A stretch of DNA of 64,000 nt from Amphiscolops sp. MND2022 (Eukaryota), in the NCBI GenBank assembly GCA_964187785.1, contig OZ076409.1:24244001-24308000 (forward strand). Reading direction: 5' to 3'. The position numbers and the translations under genes were made by a program. Under the pieces are notes generated by a model. The model was not told the origin of the DNA. It saw nothing but the letters and a program-made list of their open reading frames with translations, and ran no database searches. Numbering within the stretch: position 1 is the first letter of the stretch; each line of letters opens with the position of its first letter. Positions 51,701 to 64,000 of this stretch are shown here, in pieces.

Positions 51701-52184
51701 AGTTGAAGGAAAAAAGACGGTCGCCAACTGCGGCTTGAACAGCGTATCAGTTATGCCTCAGCTGTTCACTTTCCAACTACGCTATGTGTAAAAGTCTAAG
51801 GTTTCTAGACTTTGGTTTTTGAAAAGAGAGAGAGAGAGAGACCAATAATGTATTAAAGGCCAAGTGTTCGGTCACAAAATGGAGGCAAAAATGAATATGT
51901 AAAACGTTCAGAATAATGCGTTCGGCAGACACAAGAACTATCATGTTTACAAACAATTACAAACAATAGTTAGCAAGACCTTTTATGCAGTGTTTCAAGG
52001 TTATTTGAAATATAAGTTGGCAAAATTGGAGATATTTTGGACATTTCAAATATTTTTCCCAAATATTTGCCGGTCCCGGGAATCGAACCTCCGATCTTAT
52101 GATTGGAAAGCTACGATGCTACCGCTACTCTAAATTGGCTTATTATTTGTTTTAACTTCGTCATATTTGTATTGCACTGCAATA
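51701..52184 (-). repeat. Putative 3' LTR of the minus-strand BEL/Pao element
   Basis: Follows GGGCCCGGAGGA about 135 bp after the pol stop. Termini TATTG...CAACT are each one mismatch from TGTTG...CAACA. Contains (CT)n. No second LTR in the window. Confidence 0.55.
52068..52139 (-). pseudogene. tRNA-Gly(TCC)-derived sequence
   Basis: 72 nt with tRNA spacing: A box TAGAGTAGCGG, loop TT-TCC-AA, B box GGTTCGATTCC. Acceptor, anticodon and T stems are mismatched. Confidence 0.8.
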
Positions 52185-52330
52185 TCCTCCGGGCCCAAGA
52201 AGATGATCGGTCGGAACAAAAAAATCAAAAGAAACTTTTTTTCATGATCGGATTGATACAAAAATACATGATACATGTTTTATGTTTCGAAGATACATGT
52301 GATTAATATGTTGAGTATAAAAGTTACGGG

Positions 52331-55300
52331 TTACGATAAATCAGGTAAATCGGGGGGAGGAAGGACTGGGGCTAGTTTTACGACTGAACGGACGAGGTGT
52401 CCGGGCGTGGTCTTAATTTCGACAGGGCGGGCGACGGCATCGCTGCCAAAGTTGAGTTTGACGACGCGCGCGAGAGGGTAGTAACCTCTCGGGCTTGTGG
52501 GTTCCACGATCCAGACGGGATCTCCGGTTTTCAATTGCCTGGTGGACTGTGTAGACCACTTTGAGCGACGATTCAAAGTCGGCATGTATTCTCTCAGCCA
52601 TCTGTTCCAAATAGCGTCAGAATAGGCTTGGGCGCGTGCATATCGCTTGCGGTGGTCGAAATCACACTTAGAATGGGACAGTAGAGACGAGCCAGCTGTT
52701 CCGAGCAAGAAGTGGTTGGGCGTTAACGCATCCAAGTCAGTTGCATCTGCGCTTGCTGGAACCAGCGGACGAGCGTTGAGGCTCTGCTCCACAAGACAAA
52801 ACACAGTTGTTAGTATTTCATCAGTCAAGCGTCTGTTGCCGAGTATCGCGTAGAAAGTATGCTTGAAACTTCTCACTAGTCTTTCCCAGACACCGCCATG
52901 GTGTGGAGCACTAGGGTCATTAAACTTCCAGTTGACACCTTTCTATACCATGGATTCGGCAATTGATTGATGATTCCACTCGAGAACGTTCTGGAGTAAT
53001 TCTTTCTCTGTTGCAACAAAATTTGTACCATTGTCTGACCAGATAACGGAGGGGGTACCCCGACGGGAAACAAATCTTTCAATTCCCATGACACAGCTGC
53101 TGGTGTCCATTGATGGCACAACTTCGAAATGGACAGCGCGTGTTGTTAGGCATGTGAAGAGAAATCCCCACCGCTTCTCTGAGGGGCGTTTAACAGAGAC
53201 GTAGAAAGGGCCAAAGTAGACTAAACCAGTGTTTGTGAAAGGTCGCGATGCAAACGCCAGGCGTTCATTTGGCAGATCGGCCATTATCGGGGTAATCATC
53301 TCGGCTCTGCGTTTGCGACATGTTACGCATCTGGTTTGGATAGTCCTCAGTGTTGTTCTCAATTTTACAATGGCAAACTTCTGCCGTATCAAGGCTCTCA
53401 AGTATTCGACGCCCTGATGGCAATGTTTCCATGGAGATGTTCCAGAAATAGTCGAACTGCAGGGTGTCGGCTGTCAAGCAAGATAGGGTGCTTGATATCG
53501 AAGTTGGCAACTTCCAGATGTTTTGTTCGACCTTGAGCACGGAGAAAGCCGTTTGGACCGATGAAAGGGGAGAAATCTTTTATGATTGAAGGCTTGCTCC
53601 ATGGACAATACTTGGGCAGATTTTTTGTTTCGTTCGGGAACGATTCGGAATGTACCAAGCGGAACAGTTTCTGCTCAGCGCTTTCAAGCTCGACAGGATC
53701 AGTAATGGCTCTTGTTTTAGTTCTGTTACAAGAAAATTTCGGTAAAATACGCAAAATGTAGGCTACAATGAGCAAAAGTTTCTCGTACGAGCTGTACTTT
53801 TACCACTCGAGAGTTAGGACGTTGGAGGATACACTTGCAGTATTTGCTGTGATCTCTTGGTAGACTGGCTCGGTGTTGACTTCAATGGAATCAAAGTTGT
53901 TCAATGTGGTTTTCAAGATTTCTTCTGACGGCTGGAAAGGCCAATCAGAAGTCATCAAGAATTTGGGGCCTTTGAGCCAAGGACTGTTCGAAAGGGAGTT
54001 TGCCGGCAGGCCGCGAGTGCCCGCGTCTGCCGGGTTGTCGGCTGTTGGCACGTGGTTCCATTCATCGACCGTCGTCAACTCAAGAGTTTCGGCGACTCTG
54101 TTGGCGACGAGTACGGGTTTCTTGTCGATGGAATGGAGCCATTGAAGGACAGTCGTACTATCGGTCCACATGAATGTTCTTTCAACCGGTACTGTTAGCG
54201 CTTGTTGGATTTCGTCTTTAAGTCGGGCTGCTAAGACGGCAGCTTGTAGTTCCAATTTCGGGATTGGTAGCGCTTTCGTGGGAGCGACACGAGCTTTCCC
54301 AAAGACAAAGGCTAACTGAGTTTCAGTCCCTTCGTTGCTGTCCACTCTCGCACGGAGGAAAGCAACGGCGAAAAAGACATCTTGGGAGCTGTCTCCGAAT
54401 ACGTGTAACTCGACACTTTCAATAATTCCGCGAAAGTAGGATCTCGGAATTTTTTTATCACTCAACTTGGGAAGTTCTGCGGCCCATTCGAGAAAGTTTT
54501 CGCTAACGTCGTCAGGCAGGTTGTTGTCCCATTGTTGCCCGCTCAGGCGCCAAACGTCTTTCAACAAAAGGCGGGCAGTTACAGTGTATGACGCGACAAG
54601 ACCAATGGGATCGTACACTGCGGACACTAAGCTAAGAACAATACGCTGTGTAATTGGTCGATTCAGGTCAGGCGTGGTGCCTCTGCTGACAACCAAAGTG
54701 TCACGACTCTGGTTCCATTTCAAGCCCAATACGTGAGAAGTCTCTTCGTCTGTTACTAAGACTTTCTCGGTCGAGTCGGTAGGCAGTTGAGATTTCGGGT
54801 CGACGTTGTTGACCAAACTTGGTACATTGCTGACAAACTTGGTTAGTTTCAAACCACCTTTCGCTAACATTTCAACAAGATCTTGAGCTTTCTTGGTTGC
54901 TTCGTTGACAGTTGGGCTTGACTCGAGACAATCGTCCATGTAAAAAAGGTTTTCCACACTGTTGGCAGCTTCAAGGAATCGGATTCGGTTGTCACGAGCA
55001 GTCTGTTGCAAAGCGTAGTTGGCGCACGTTGGTGAATCCTTCGAACCGAAAAGGTGACGTAAGTTTTTTCTGACGTAATGTTTGACATCAAAAGTAGAGC
55101 AAGAGCCAACCGAATGAACAGGCGTCAACTTAAGCTCAACTATTTGAGTGTCAACAACTTGTTGCGAATTGATGCCATGAACAGTTAGTTTGGTCGGTAA
55201 GCCTTCTACGTTCAACTTAGTTGCGAGATCTTCGGAGATCCAAGAGTGACTGCAGGCAGAGTCGCACAGGGCTAAAGCTTTGACGGAGGTAATTGGTGTA

Positions 55301-57376
55301 TGAACTTCAACTTCAGTTATTTCAAGAAGTCCTTTCACATCGCTCACGGAACAAACTCCGGAGGTTTCGCCTGCTTTGTTCACAGTTATTTTGGGGCTAC
55401 GCGATCCAGTTGCTTGGTTAGTGGACGACTTCGGTGTTGTTCTTGGTTGAAAAACTCTCTCTGCGCCATGTAGCAGGGTGTTGTGAGAGCTGTTGCAACC
55501 GTCTTTGTTTGGTTGCACCGATATAGTTTGGTTGCACTCGGTTAGGCTTGGTTCCGGTTCCGTTTGAAGTTGCGCTAGAGCTTGCAGCGGCAAAAACTTT
55601 TGCACCAGTTTTCGTTCGAGTTATGGGTTGCGCATTTTCTTCGCTCTTGGGTTTTGTCGTTGAAATTTTCATCCTCTCATGCGCTTCAGCTTTACCCTTC
55701 AACTATTCGTTAAAATCCAAGAGGGTTGGTCGGCTCCAATCTTTCTTGACAAGGTGCATAGAACAAGCTTGCTTCATGTTCGGGGGAAGTTTCTGTACTG
55801 CTTGGCCCAAAAGTGCCGCACTCGACAAGTCGTGATCGTATTTCAAGGAGCGAAAAACTCCTACCAACGCCGAAATCGTTGCAGAGAAAACAATCACGTT
55901 CTCACTGTAGTGCATTTTCAATGGTGGGAAGCCACTCAATTTGTCCAAGTGGAACCTTCACTGGGGCTGTTGTAGACGGTGGAATAGGAAAAGTCGTGGT
56001 TGGGGTTGTTGCCGCGAGAGGATTACAATAGAAAGTTGTTCCTCCACTTTGGATTGGTACTTTTGGTGCAAAAATCCCCGTTGTTGTCACGATCGGTGAT
56101 GCAGTTGTGCTCGGTATCGTAACATGTCCTCTTACAGGCTGCGGAACTGTAGCATGGACTGTGGGGAATCTGCTCGGAGCCGGAAATGTCCAAGCAGACA
56201 AGTTTGGTATGACATGGCTCGTTGGAATGTTGACATGAGTCATTGTCGTAGCCGGAGCGACAGACGGTTTTATTTGCGAGAACATAGTTAGAGGTTGCTG
56301 ATTAACCACTGGCACTATCACGGAAGAAACAGTGTTCGATGCGGTGTTCACGGTTGGTATTTGGAAATTGGGCAGCGGGTTAACCGCAGCAAGTGAAGGT
56401 GGAGTACTGTTTGGCCATGGAATTGTAGAGAAGGACGAAATTCCGATCGGGAAATCTGGTTTTGTACCAGCCCAATGTTAACATCAGTTAATGATCTCAT
56501 TTCTAGCGTTGCTTGTCTCATTTGAACACCATCGTTTGATTCAGGAATGACTGCGGTGTTGGACGATCCAGCTACATTGTTTAAATTAACTGTATTGGTC
56601 TGCGGTTGATTTGAAACACTATCAGGTTCATTGACTTCGTTAACCCAGTCAGACACTCTCTGGGACGTGGTTTGCTTCGAGTGTTTACTAATCCGAGACA
56701 GAGTTTCATGAAACTCGTCGGTCGCTTGAGATAAGTCGTCAGTTAATTCCAACTCAGTGAGCTTGGCTTCGGCAAGTTATCGTCTGTCTTCTTCTTCTAG
56801 TTCTTCCAATTGGAGAGGTTGTTCTTCTTCCAACCGCTCTTTTTCGCGTTCTATTTTTTTTCGAGCGACCTCTTGCTTCTGTTTAGCCAGACGAATGGCG
56901 TTCGCATTTTGTCGTTCTAATTCTTCTCGTCGGTGCGTTGCTAGAAGAAGGTCTTTCTGTCGTTGACTCGATGTTTTCGTTTTACCAGAAGTTGATGATC
57001 TTTTGGATGCGCTTTTGTTGACTGTGCCGACTGATGAGTGGGACTTTACATCGGATCCGATGCAACTGTCGATGTATTTACGAGCTTTTCTCAAAATTTC
57101 GTCATTTTGCTTAGTGACTTCTCTCAACCACTCTCCTAAGTCGGCTTGAACTGTTTCCGAGTCAGAAGTTTCAGATGCAAGCGTATTCAGCTGTTCGTTT
57201 CTGGTAAAAGCTTTCGTCATTGCATTTTCGGTTTCTTTGACAAGACGTTCGACTCGAACCCTTCGCTTCATTTGTAATGGAATCGAGTATCTTTTGTTGG
57301 AGGGTGTTCAATTCAGTCTGCGCCTTCAAACAATTTTCGTGGAGTTTTTGAACTTTTAGTGTTGGGAATCTGTCAT
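52331..57376 (-). mobile_element. BEL/Pao retrotransposon gag-pol, disrupted and internally deleted
   Basis: Coiled-coil gag, protease ALCDSACSHSWI, RT FG..DSP..A...FYMDD, YDPIG, LHVFGDSS, KARVAP...PKLEL, NPADAGTRG, integrase C..C, SDNGTNF, LNARP, LTPNHF, C-terminal YPLARV. Confidence 0.95.
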
Positions 57377-57384
57377 CTTGCCTG

Positions 57385-60300
57385 TTTGGGGCACGAGCGG
57401 AGCGAAATTGCCCATAAGGTGACGTTTTTGGGGCACGAGCGGAGCGAGATTGCCCATATGGTGACGTTTTTTTTTCTTCGCAGATTTCGTGACATGTGCC
57501 AACTTTTCAAACTTGTGCGGCAAATTTCTCAAAACCCATAACAGATACGGACACCATGTTTCCGCTAAAAGTTGCGCAGGTTCTTGGGGTACATTTTCGT
57601 TGAAAAAAAATTTCGAAAAAAAATCGGCTTCATGGTTTTTTTTCAAAAAGAAGTTTTGAAAAACGCCTTTTTTGACTATTTTTTATGTTTGAACCCCTAT
57701 TTCTCAGAACCAGGATCAAATACAGGGTCCATGGTTTCGTGTAATTTACAAGCGTTTCATCGGCTACATTTTCGCTTAAAATTGGCGTCAAAATTTTTTT
57801 TCAGACTTCGTTTTTTGGGCAAAAAAATGGATGAAAAAAATGTCGAAAAATTTTTTCTCATTTGTAGCTCATATTTCTCAAAACTGACGAAAGATACAGA
57901 AACCATTCTCCCTCAAGATAAACAGCAAGGATGTAAGCTAGGTTTTGTACCAACATAGTTTCCGTCATCACGTATGACGCGTTCGTTTTTCTGCTAAAAA
58001 TACTTGTTTTTTTTGAAAAATTTTCCTATTTATTTTATACTTGAGCCCCTATATCTCAAGACCGAGAACAAATACGCAGTCCATGGTTTCGTAATTTGTA
58101 CTAGGGCTCAGTAGGCTGCGTTTAAAACCAATAATGACGTCGAATTTTTTTTGCTCCGGTTTTTTGGGCAAATAAAGGGATGAAGAAAAAATTCGAAAAA
58201 TTTCCCTTTTTTCATAACTTGTAATGGATTTTCCTCAGAACTGAAAAGGATACGAAAAACCTTTGTCCTAGCCAAAAGTTGGGTAGAATCCTTGGCTACC
58301 TTTTCGTTGAAAAAATTTTTCAAAAAGAATTCGGCTTCCTGGTTTTTTTTGAAAAAAGTTATGAAAAAACGCAAATTTTTTAGAGTGTTTCATCTTTCTT
58401 CCCTTATTTCTCAAAACCGAGACCAGATACAGAAACCATTCTTCCTCAAGACAAATAGCAAGGATGTGGGCTTTTTTGTACTAATCAAGTTTTCGTCATC
58501 AAGTATGACGCCTTCGTTTTTCTGCTAAAAATACTTGATTTTTTTGAAAAAACTTCTCATTTCTTTTTTACTCGAGCTTGTATATCTGTATCCTGTATAT
58601 CAGGACCGAGAACGAATACGGAGTCCATGGTTTCGTAATTTGTACGAGGGTTCGGTAGGCTATGTGTAAAGGTAAAAATGACGTCGACTTTTTTTCGCTC
58701 TGGTATTATTGGGCAAATAAATGGATGAAGAAAAAATTCGAAAAATTTCCATTTTTTCCCAAATTGTAACTGATTTTTCTCAGAAGTGAAAGTAGATACA
58801 AAAACCATTCTCCCTCACAGAGTTATGCAAAGATGTAGGCTAGTTCTTGTACTATCAAAGTTTCCGTCATCAAGTATGACGCCTACGTTTTTCTGCTAAA
58901 ATTACAATTTTCGTTTTTCTCAAACTTCAATTTCTCACCTTTCTTTTTAGTTCTTTCATCTAAATTTTCTTGATCTGAGACTAGATAAGTTCACTAGGTT
59001 TTGGAATCTGGGATATACACATTTTCTAGCACCTTCTGCAGACCATTGAACGTTTCTGCTCGTGCCCAAGCGCGACATGCCGTCGCGCCTATGTTTTTGG
59101 GGCACGAGCGGAGCGAGATTGCCCATATGGTGACGTTTTTTTTTCGCAGATTTCGTGACATGTGCCAACTTTTCAAACTTGTGCGGCAAATTTCTCAAAA
59201 CCCATAACAGATACGGACACCATCTTTCCGCTAAAAGTTGCGCAGGTTCCTGGGCTACTTTTTCGTCGAAAAAAAAATTCGAAAAAAATTCGGTTCATGG
59301 TTTTTTTAAAAAGAAGTTTTGAAAAAACGCTATTTTTGACTATTTTTTATGTTTGAACCCCTTTTTCTCAGAACCAGGATCAAATACAGGGTCCATGGTT
59401 TCGTGTAATTTACAAGCGTTTCATAGGCTACATTTTCGCTCAAAATTGGCGTCAAAATTTTTTTTCAGACTTCGTTTTTTGGGCAAAAAAATGGATGAAA
59501 AAAAATGTCGAAAAATTTTTTCTCATTCGTAGCTCATATTTCTCAAAACTGACGAAAGATACAGAAACCATTCTCCCTCAAGATAAACAGCAAGGATGTA
59601 AGCTAGGTTTTGTACCAACATAGTTTCCGTCATCACGTATGACGCGTTCGTTTTTCTGCTAAAAATACTTGTTTTTTTTTGAAAAATTTTCCTATTTATT
59701 TTGGGGCTCATTCTAGGGCTCATTAGGCTGCGTTTAAAACCAACAATGACGTCGAATTTTTTTTGCTCCGGTTTTTTGGGCAAATAAAGGGATGAAGAAA
59801 AAATTCGAAAATTTTCCCATTTTTTCATAACTTGGAATGGATTTTCTTCAGAACTGAAAAGAGATACGAAAAACCTTTGTCCTAGCCAAAAGTTGGGTAG
59901 AATCCTTGGCTACCTTTTCGTTGAAAAAATTTTTCAAAAAGAATTCGGCTTCCTGGTTTTTTTTGAAAAAAGTTTTGAAAAAACGCAAATTTTTTAGAGT
60001 GTTTCATCTTTCTTCCCTTATTTCTCAAAACCGAGACCAGATACATGGTCCATGGTTTCGTATAATATACAAGCGTTTCATAGGCTACATTGTTGCTACA
60101 AAATGACGTCAATCTTTTTTCCGACTGCGCTTTTTGGGCAAAAAAAGGGATGAAAAAATTTCGAAAATTTTTTTCCCATTTGTAGCTCATATTTCTCAAC
60201 ACTGACGAAAGATACAGAAATCATTCTTCCTCAAGACAAATAGCAAGGATGTGGGCTTTTTTGTACTAATCACGTTTTCGTCATCAAGTATGACGCCTTC

Positions 60301-62353
60301 GTTTTTCTGCTAAAAATACTTGATTTTTTTGAAAAAAATTCTCAGTTCTTTTTTACTCGAGCTTGTATATCTGTATCCTGTATATCAGGACCGAGAACGA
60401 ATACGGAGTCCATGGTTTCGTAATTTGTACGAGGGTTCAGTAGGCTATGTGTAAAGGTAAAAATGACGTCGACTTTTTTTCGCTCTGGTATTATTGGGCA
60501 AATAAATGGATGAAGAAAAAATTCGAAAAATTTCCATTTTTTCCCAAATTGTAACTGATTTTTCTCAGAAGTGAAAGTAGATACGAAAACCATTCTCCCT
60601 CACAGAGTTATGCAAAGATGTAGGCTAGTTTTTGTACTATCAAAGTTTCCGTCATCAAGTATGACGCCTACGTTTTTCTGCTAAAATTACAATTTGCGAG
60701 ATTGCCCATATGGTGACGTTTTTTTTTTCGCAGATTTCGTGACATGTGCCAACTTTTCAAACTTGGGCGGCAAATTTCTCAAAACCCATAACAGATACAG
60801 ACACCATGTTTCCGCTAAAAGTTGCGCAGGTTCTTGGGCTACACTTTCGTTGAAAAAAAATTTCGAAAAAAATTCGGCTTCATGGTTTTTTTTAAAAAGT
60901 AGTTTTGAAAAAACGCTATTTTTGAATAATTTTTATGTTTGAACCCCTATTTCTCAGAACCAGGATCAAATACAGGGTCCATGATTTCGTGTAATTTACA
61001 AGCGTTTCATAGGCTACATTTTCGCTCAAAATTGGCGTCAAAATTTTTTTCAGACTTTGTTTTTTGGGCAAAAAAATGGATGAAAAAAAATGTCGAAGAA
61101 TTTTTTCTCATTTGTAGCTCATATTTCTCAAAACTGACGAAAGATACAGAAACCATTCTCCCTCAAGATAAACAGCAAGGATGTAAGCTAGGTTTTGTAC
61201 CAACATAGTTTCCGTCATCACGTATGACGCGTTCGTTTTTCTGCTAAAAATACTTGTTTTTTTTTGAAAAATTTTCCTATTTACTTTATACTTGAGCCCC
61301 TATATCTCAAGACCGAGAACAAATACGCAGTCCGTGGTTTCGTAATTTGTACTAGGGCTCAGTAGGCTGCGTTTAAAACCAATAATGACGTCGAATTTTT
61401 TGCTCCGGTTTTTTTTAGGCAAATAAAGGGATGAAGAAAAAATTCGAAAAATTTCCCATTTTTTTATAACTTGTAATGGATTTTCCTCAGAACTGAAAAG
61501 AGATACGAAAAACCTTTGTCCTAGCCAAAAGTTGGGTAGAATCTTTGGCTACTTTTTCGTTGAAAAAATTTTTCAAAAAGAATTCGGCTTCCTGGTTTTT
61601 TTGAAAAAAGTTTTGAAAAAACGCAAATTTTTTAGAGTGTTTCATCTTTCTTCCCTTATTTCTCAAAACCGAGACCAGATACAGAAACCATTCTTCCTCA
61701 AGACAAATAGCAAGGATGTGGGCTTTTTTGTACTAATAAAGTTTTCGTCATCAAGTATGACGCCTTCGTTTTTCTGCTAAAAATACTTGATTTTTTTGAA
61801 AAAATTTCTCATTTCTTTTTTACTCGAGCTTGTATATCTGTATCCTGTATATCAGGACCGAGAACGAATACGGAGTCCATGGTTTCGTAATTTGTACGAG
61901 GGTTCAGTAGGCTATGTGTAAAGGTAAAAATGACATCGACTTTTTTTCGCTCTGGTTTTATTGGGCAAATAAATGGATGAAGGAAAAATTCGAAAAATTT
62001 CCATTTTTTCCGAAATTGTAACTGATTTTTCTCAGAAGTGAAAGTAGATACGAAAACCATTCTCCCTCACAGAGTTATGCAAAGATGTAGGCTAGTTCTT
62101 GTACTATCAAAGTTTCCGTCATCAAGTATGACGCCTACGTTTTTCTGCTAAAATTACAATTTTCGTTTTTCTCAAACTTCAATTTCTCACTTTTCTTTTT
62201 AGTTCTTTCATCTAAATTTTCTTGATCTGAGACTAGATAAGTTCACTAGGTTTTGGAATCTGGGATATACACATTTTCTAGCACCTTCTGCAGACCATTG
62301 AACGTTTCTGCTCGTGCCCAAGCGCGACATGCCGTCGCGCCTATGTTTTTTTT
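57385..62353 (+). mobile_element. Head-to-tail array of three ~1.6-kb non-autonomous Helentron (Helitron2/HINE)-like units with internal tandem repeats
   Basis: Unit start TTGGGGCACGAGC is inverted to GCTCGTGCCCAA near the unit end, which is followed by hairpin GCGCGAC-N5-GTCGCGC and a T run (59058-59098, 62310-62353). Units at about 57427, 59094 and 60696. Confidence 0.8.
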
Positions 62354-62562
62354 GTTTAGGCTAAAAGAAGACAGTCACAATGGGTCGCACGGTGTACGAC
62401 AGATTAAACGGAACACGCTGCTGTTTAGGGTGGGATTTCCTTCTGAACATCAACCGAGCAGTTAAGCTCGGACACAGCACATAAAGGAAAGGAGGAAGCG
62501 GGTTGCAGCGTCAACCAGTCAGTTAACTCCGGACACAGCTACAACTCGAGGGACGGGGTTGT

Positions 62563-63166
62563 TTACTCGTTAGCAGCAGACAACGTGTTTTTTATCGCCT
62601 TGCGGGCGCGTTTAGAGGGGCGTTTGGGGCGACTACGGGCAGTAATTTGTGATAAATCATTTTCATTCTTCAAAACAAGCTTCAGATGTTTCAATTCTAT
62701 ATCAGGACTCTGGTGCAACGCCTTCAAATTTTGCAAATAATCGAGATCCTTGTGCTTACGCAGCGAGATAAAATCTTTTTCAACGTTCAGTACAAGAATG
62801 TTTGTCTCTTCCAATTGCAAGAAAATGTCAGGAGTTCGATTCCGTTGGTAGTACACAAGAGCCCTGATTCTGTGTTGATAGGATTTTAGAACATTTACTA
62901 AGTCAATTACTGACAAGGCACGATAAAAGTTGCTTTTATGTTTACAGATGCTGGTATTAATGACGTCGTGCCAAATTATCATTTCTTTTTCGTCTTTGAA
63001 ATCCTTTTCAATCAGGTTTTGTACTATTTTTTTTAGGATTTTTTGCGTGAATGTTTAAACTCAGGCCCGGAATAGAATAAACTTTTTCGTTAAGAGCTTT
63101 TTGATCATCGGGATTTATTGTTTCAATTGCGTGGTGCAAAGAACTTGCGGCCAAAATTCGTACCAT
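62563..63166 (-). pseudogene. SGNH/GDSL-fold-like ORF of about 200 aa with indels in short homopolymers
   Basis: Reconstructed MVRILAASSLHHAIE...SIPGLSLN...IIWHDVIN...ALHQS plus a basic tail; motif order resembles SGNH blocks I, II, III and V. Confidence 0.5.
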
Positions 63167-63394
63167 CCAGTTTTTTTTCGACAATTTTTACTCGCTTTTT
63201 CCGTTTGGGGGGTGATTGGCCTTTTTTTGCTCAATAAATGCCTTTTTCAATGATGTTAGTGTTTTTTTTTAGGTCTTGCTACCCAATCGAAGCACACATT
63301 TTAAAAGATCAATACAAATGAGTTTCGAAGAGTTTTACTCGTATAAGTACCTTCCGAGGGTCGAAGTTAAGCTTCAGGGTTCCTGGGTCTACTT

Positions 63395-63630
63395 GCGTGG
63401 GTCGCAGGGCAACTTCCAGGGGTCAGGGGGTGACTTCCAGGGGTCAGGGTTCAGCCAAGAGTGAGTCGCGGATCACATCCGGTGGGCTAAGTGTCACGGG
63501 TCACCTTCGATGGGCTAAGGGTCACGAGTCACCTTCTTCGGTGGGCTACGGGTCACCTTCGGTGGAATACAGGTCACGGGATACGGAATTCGCCCAGTTT
63601 TCAAGGTGACGAGTCACTTTCAGGAGTCAC
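63395..63630. repeat. GC-rich degenerate short tandem repeats
   Basis: ACTTCCAGGGGTCAGGG twice, then several GGGTCACC(TTC)GGTGGGCTA-like units. Confidence 0.7.
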
Positions 63631-64000
63631 TAGCCAACCTCTGGTGTGTACGGATTCTCCTCGTGCGGGGTTCCAGCAATCTTCGTCGTCGAATATGATA
63701 TGCAAGAGAAGGAACAGCGATCCTCCAGAAATATGAGCTAAGAAAAATCGGTAAATTTGGAATACCGGACAATTTCAAATATTTGCTTCCGCCAAGGCCC
63801 ACTTCCTGCCCAGGGGAATTGCGTCTTCTATTGACCTCTCAGCTTGAGTAGTCCTCTTGTTAACAGAAGAATGAGAAGATGAAGGCTCTGCGCTCACACA
63901 ACTTGCCACTGTTTCCGTGTTTTCTGATTTTGTGGTCCATGAAACGTCTCTGGTGTAGCGCTGCTGTTATGTTTCAGCTTCGATCACATCATCCACAAAA

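Noticed and set aside
52068..52139. Functional tRNA-Gly gene
   Set aside because: Anticodon and T stems do not pair and the acceptor stem has two mismatches.
57356..62465. Many short F/K-rich ORFs
   Set aside because: By-products of A/T runs in the repeat array; frames vary between units.

Overview
AT-rich, repeat-dense eukaryotic (invertebrate-like) genomic DNA; no prokaryotic features. The only clear host gene is a synaptotagmin-like tandem-C2 gene on the minus strand, reconstructed here from five phase-compatible exons across about 33.5 kb (42157 to 8652). Three of those exons are invisible in the ORF track. Its C2A lacks the loop-3 Ca2+-binding aspartates, while C2B keeps all five. Most other sequence is transposon-derived: the 3' half of an env-bearing LTR element, a full-length Gypsy element (253-bp LTRs, RT motif WLDD), two BEL/Pao elements, Tc1, hAT, MULE and CCC-ended 2-bp-TSD elements, palindromic MITEs, a 1.44-kb triplication and a head-to-tail Helentron-like array. 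Best candidate for something undescribed: the minus-strand BEL/Pao element (about 51.7 to >63.2 kb), whose putative 3' LTR contains a tRNA-Gly-derived A/B-box sequence and which may carry an SGNH-fold ORF upstream of gag. All calls were made by eye; no database searches were run.
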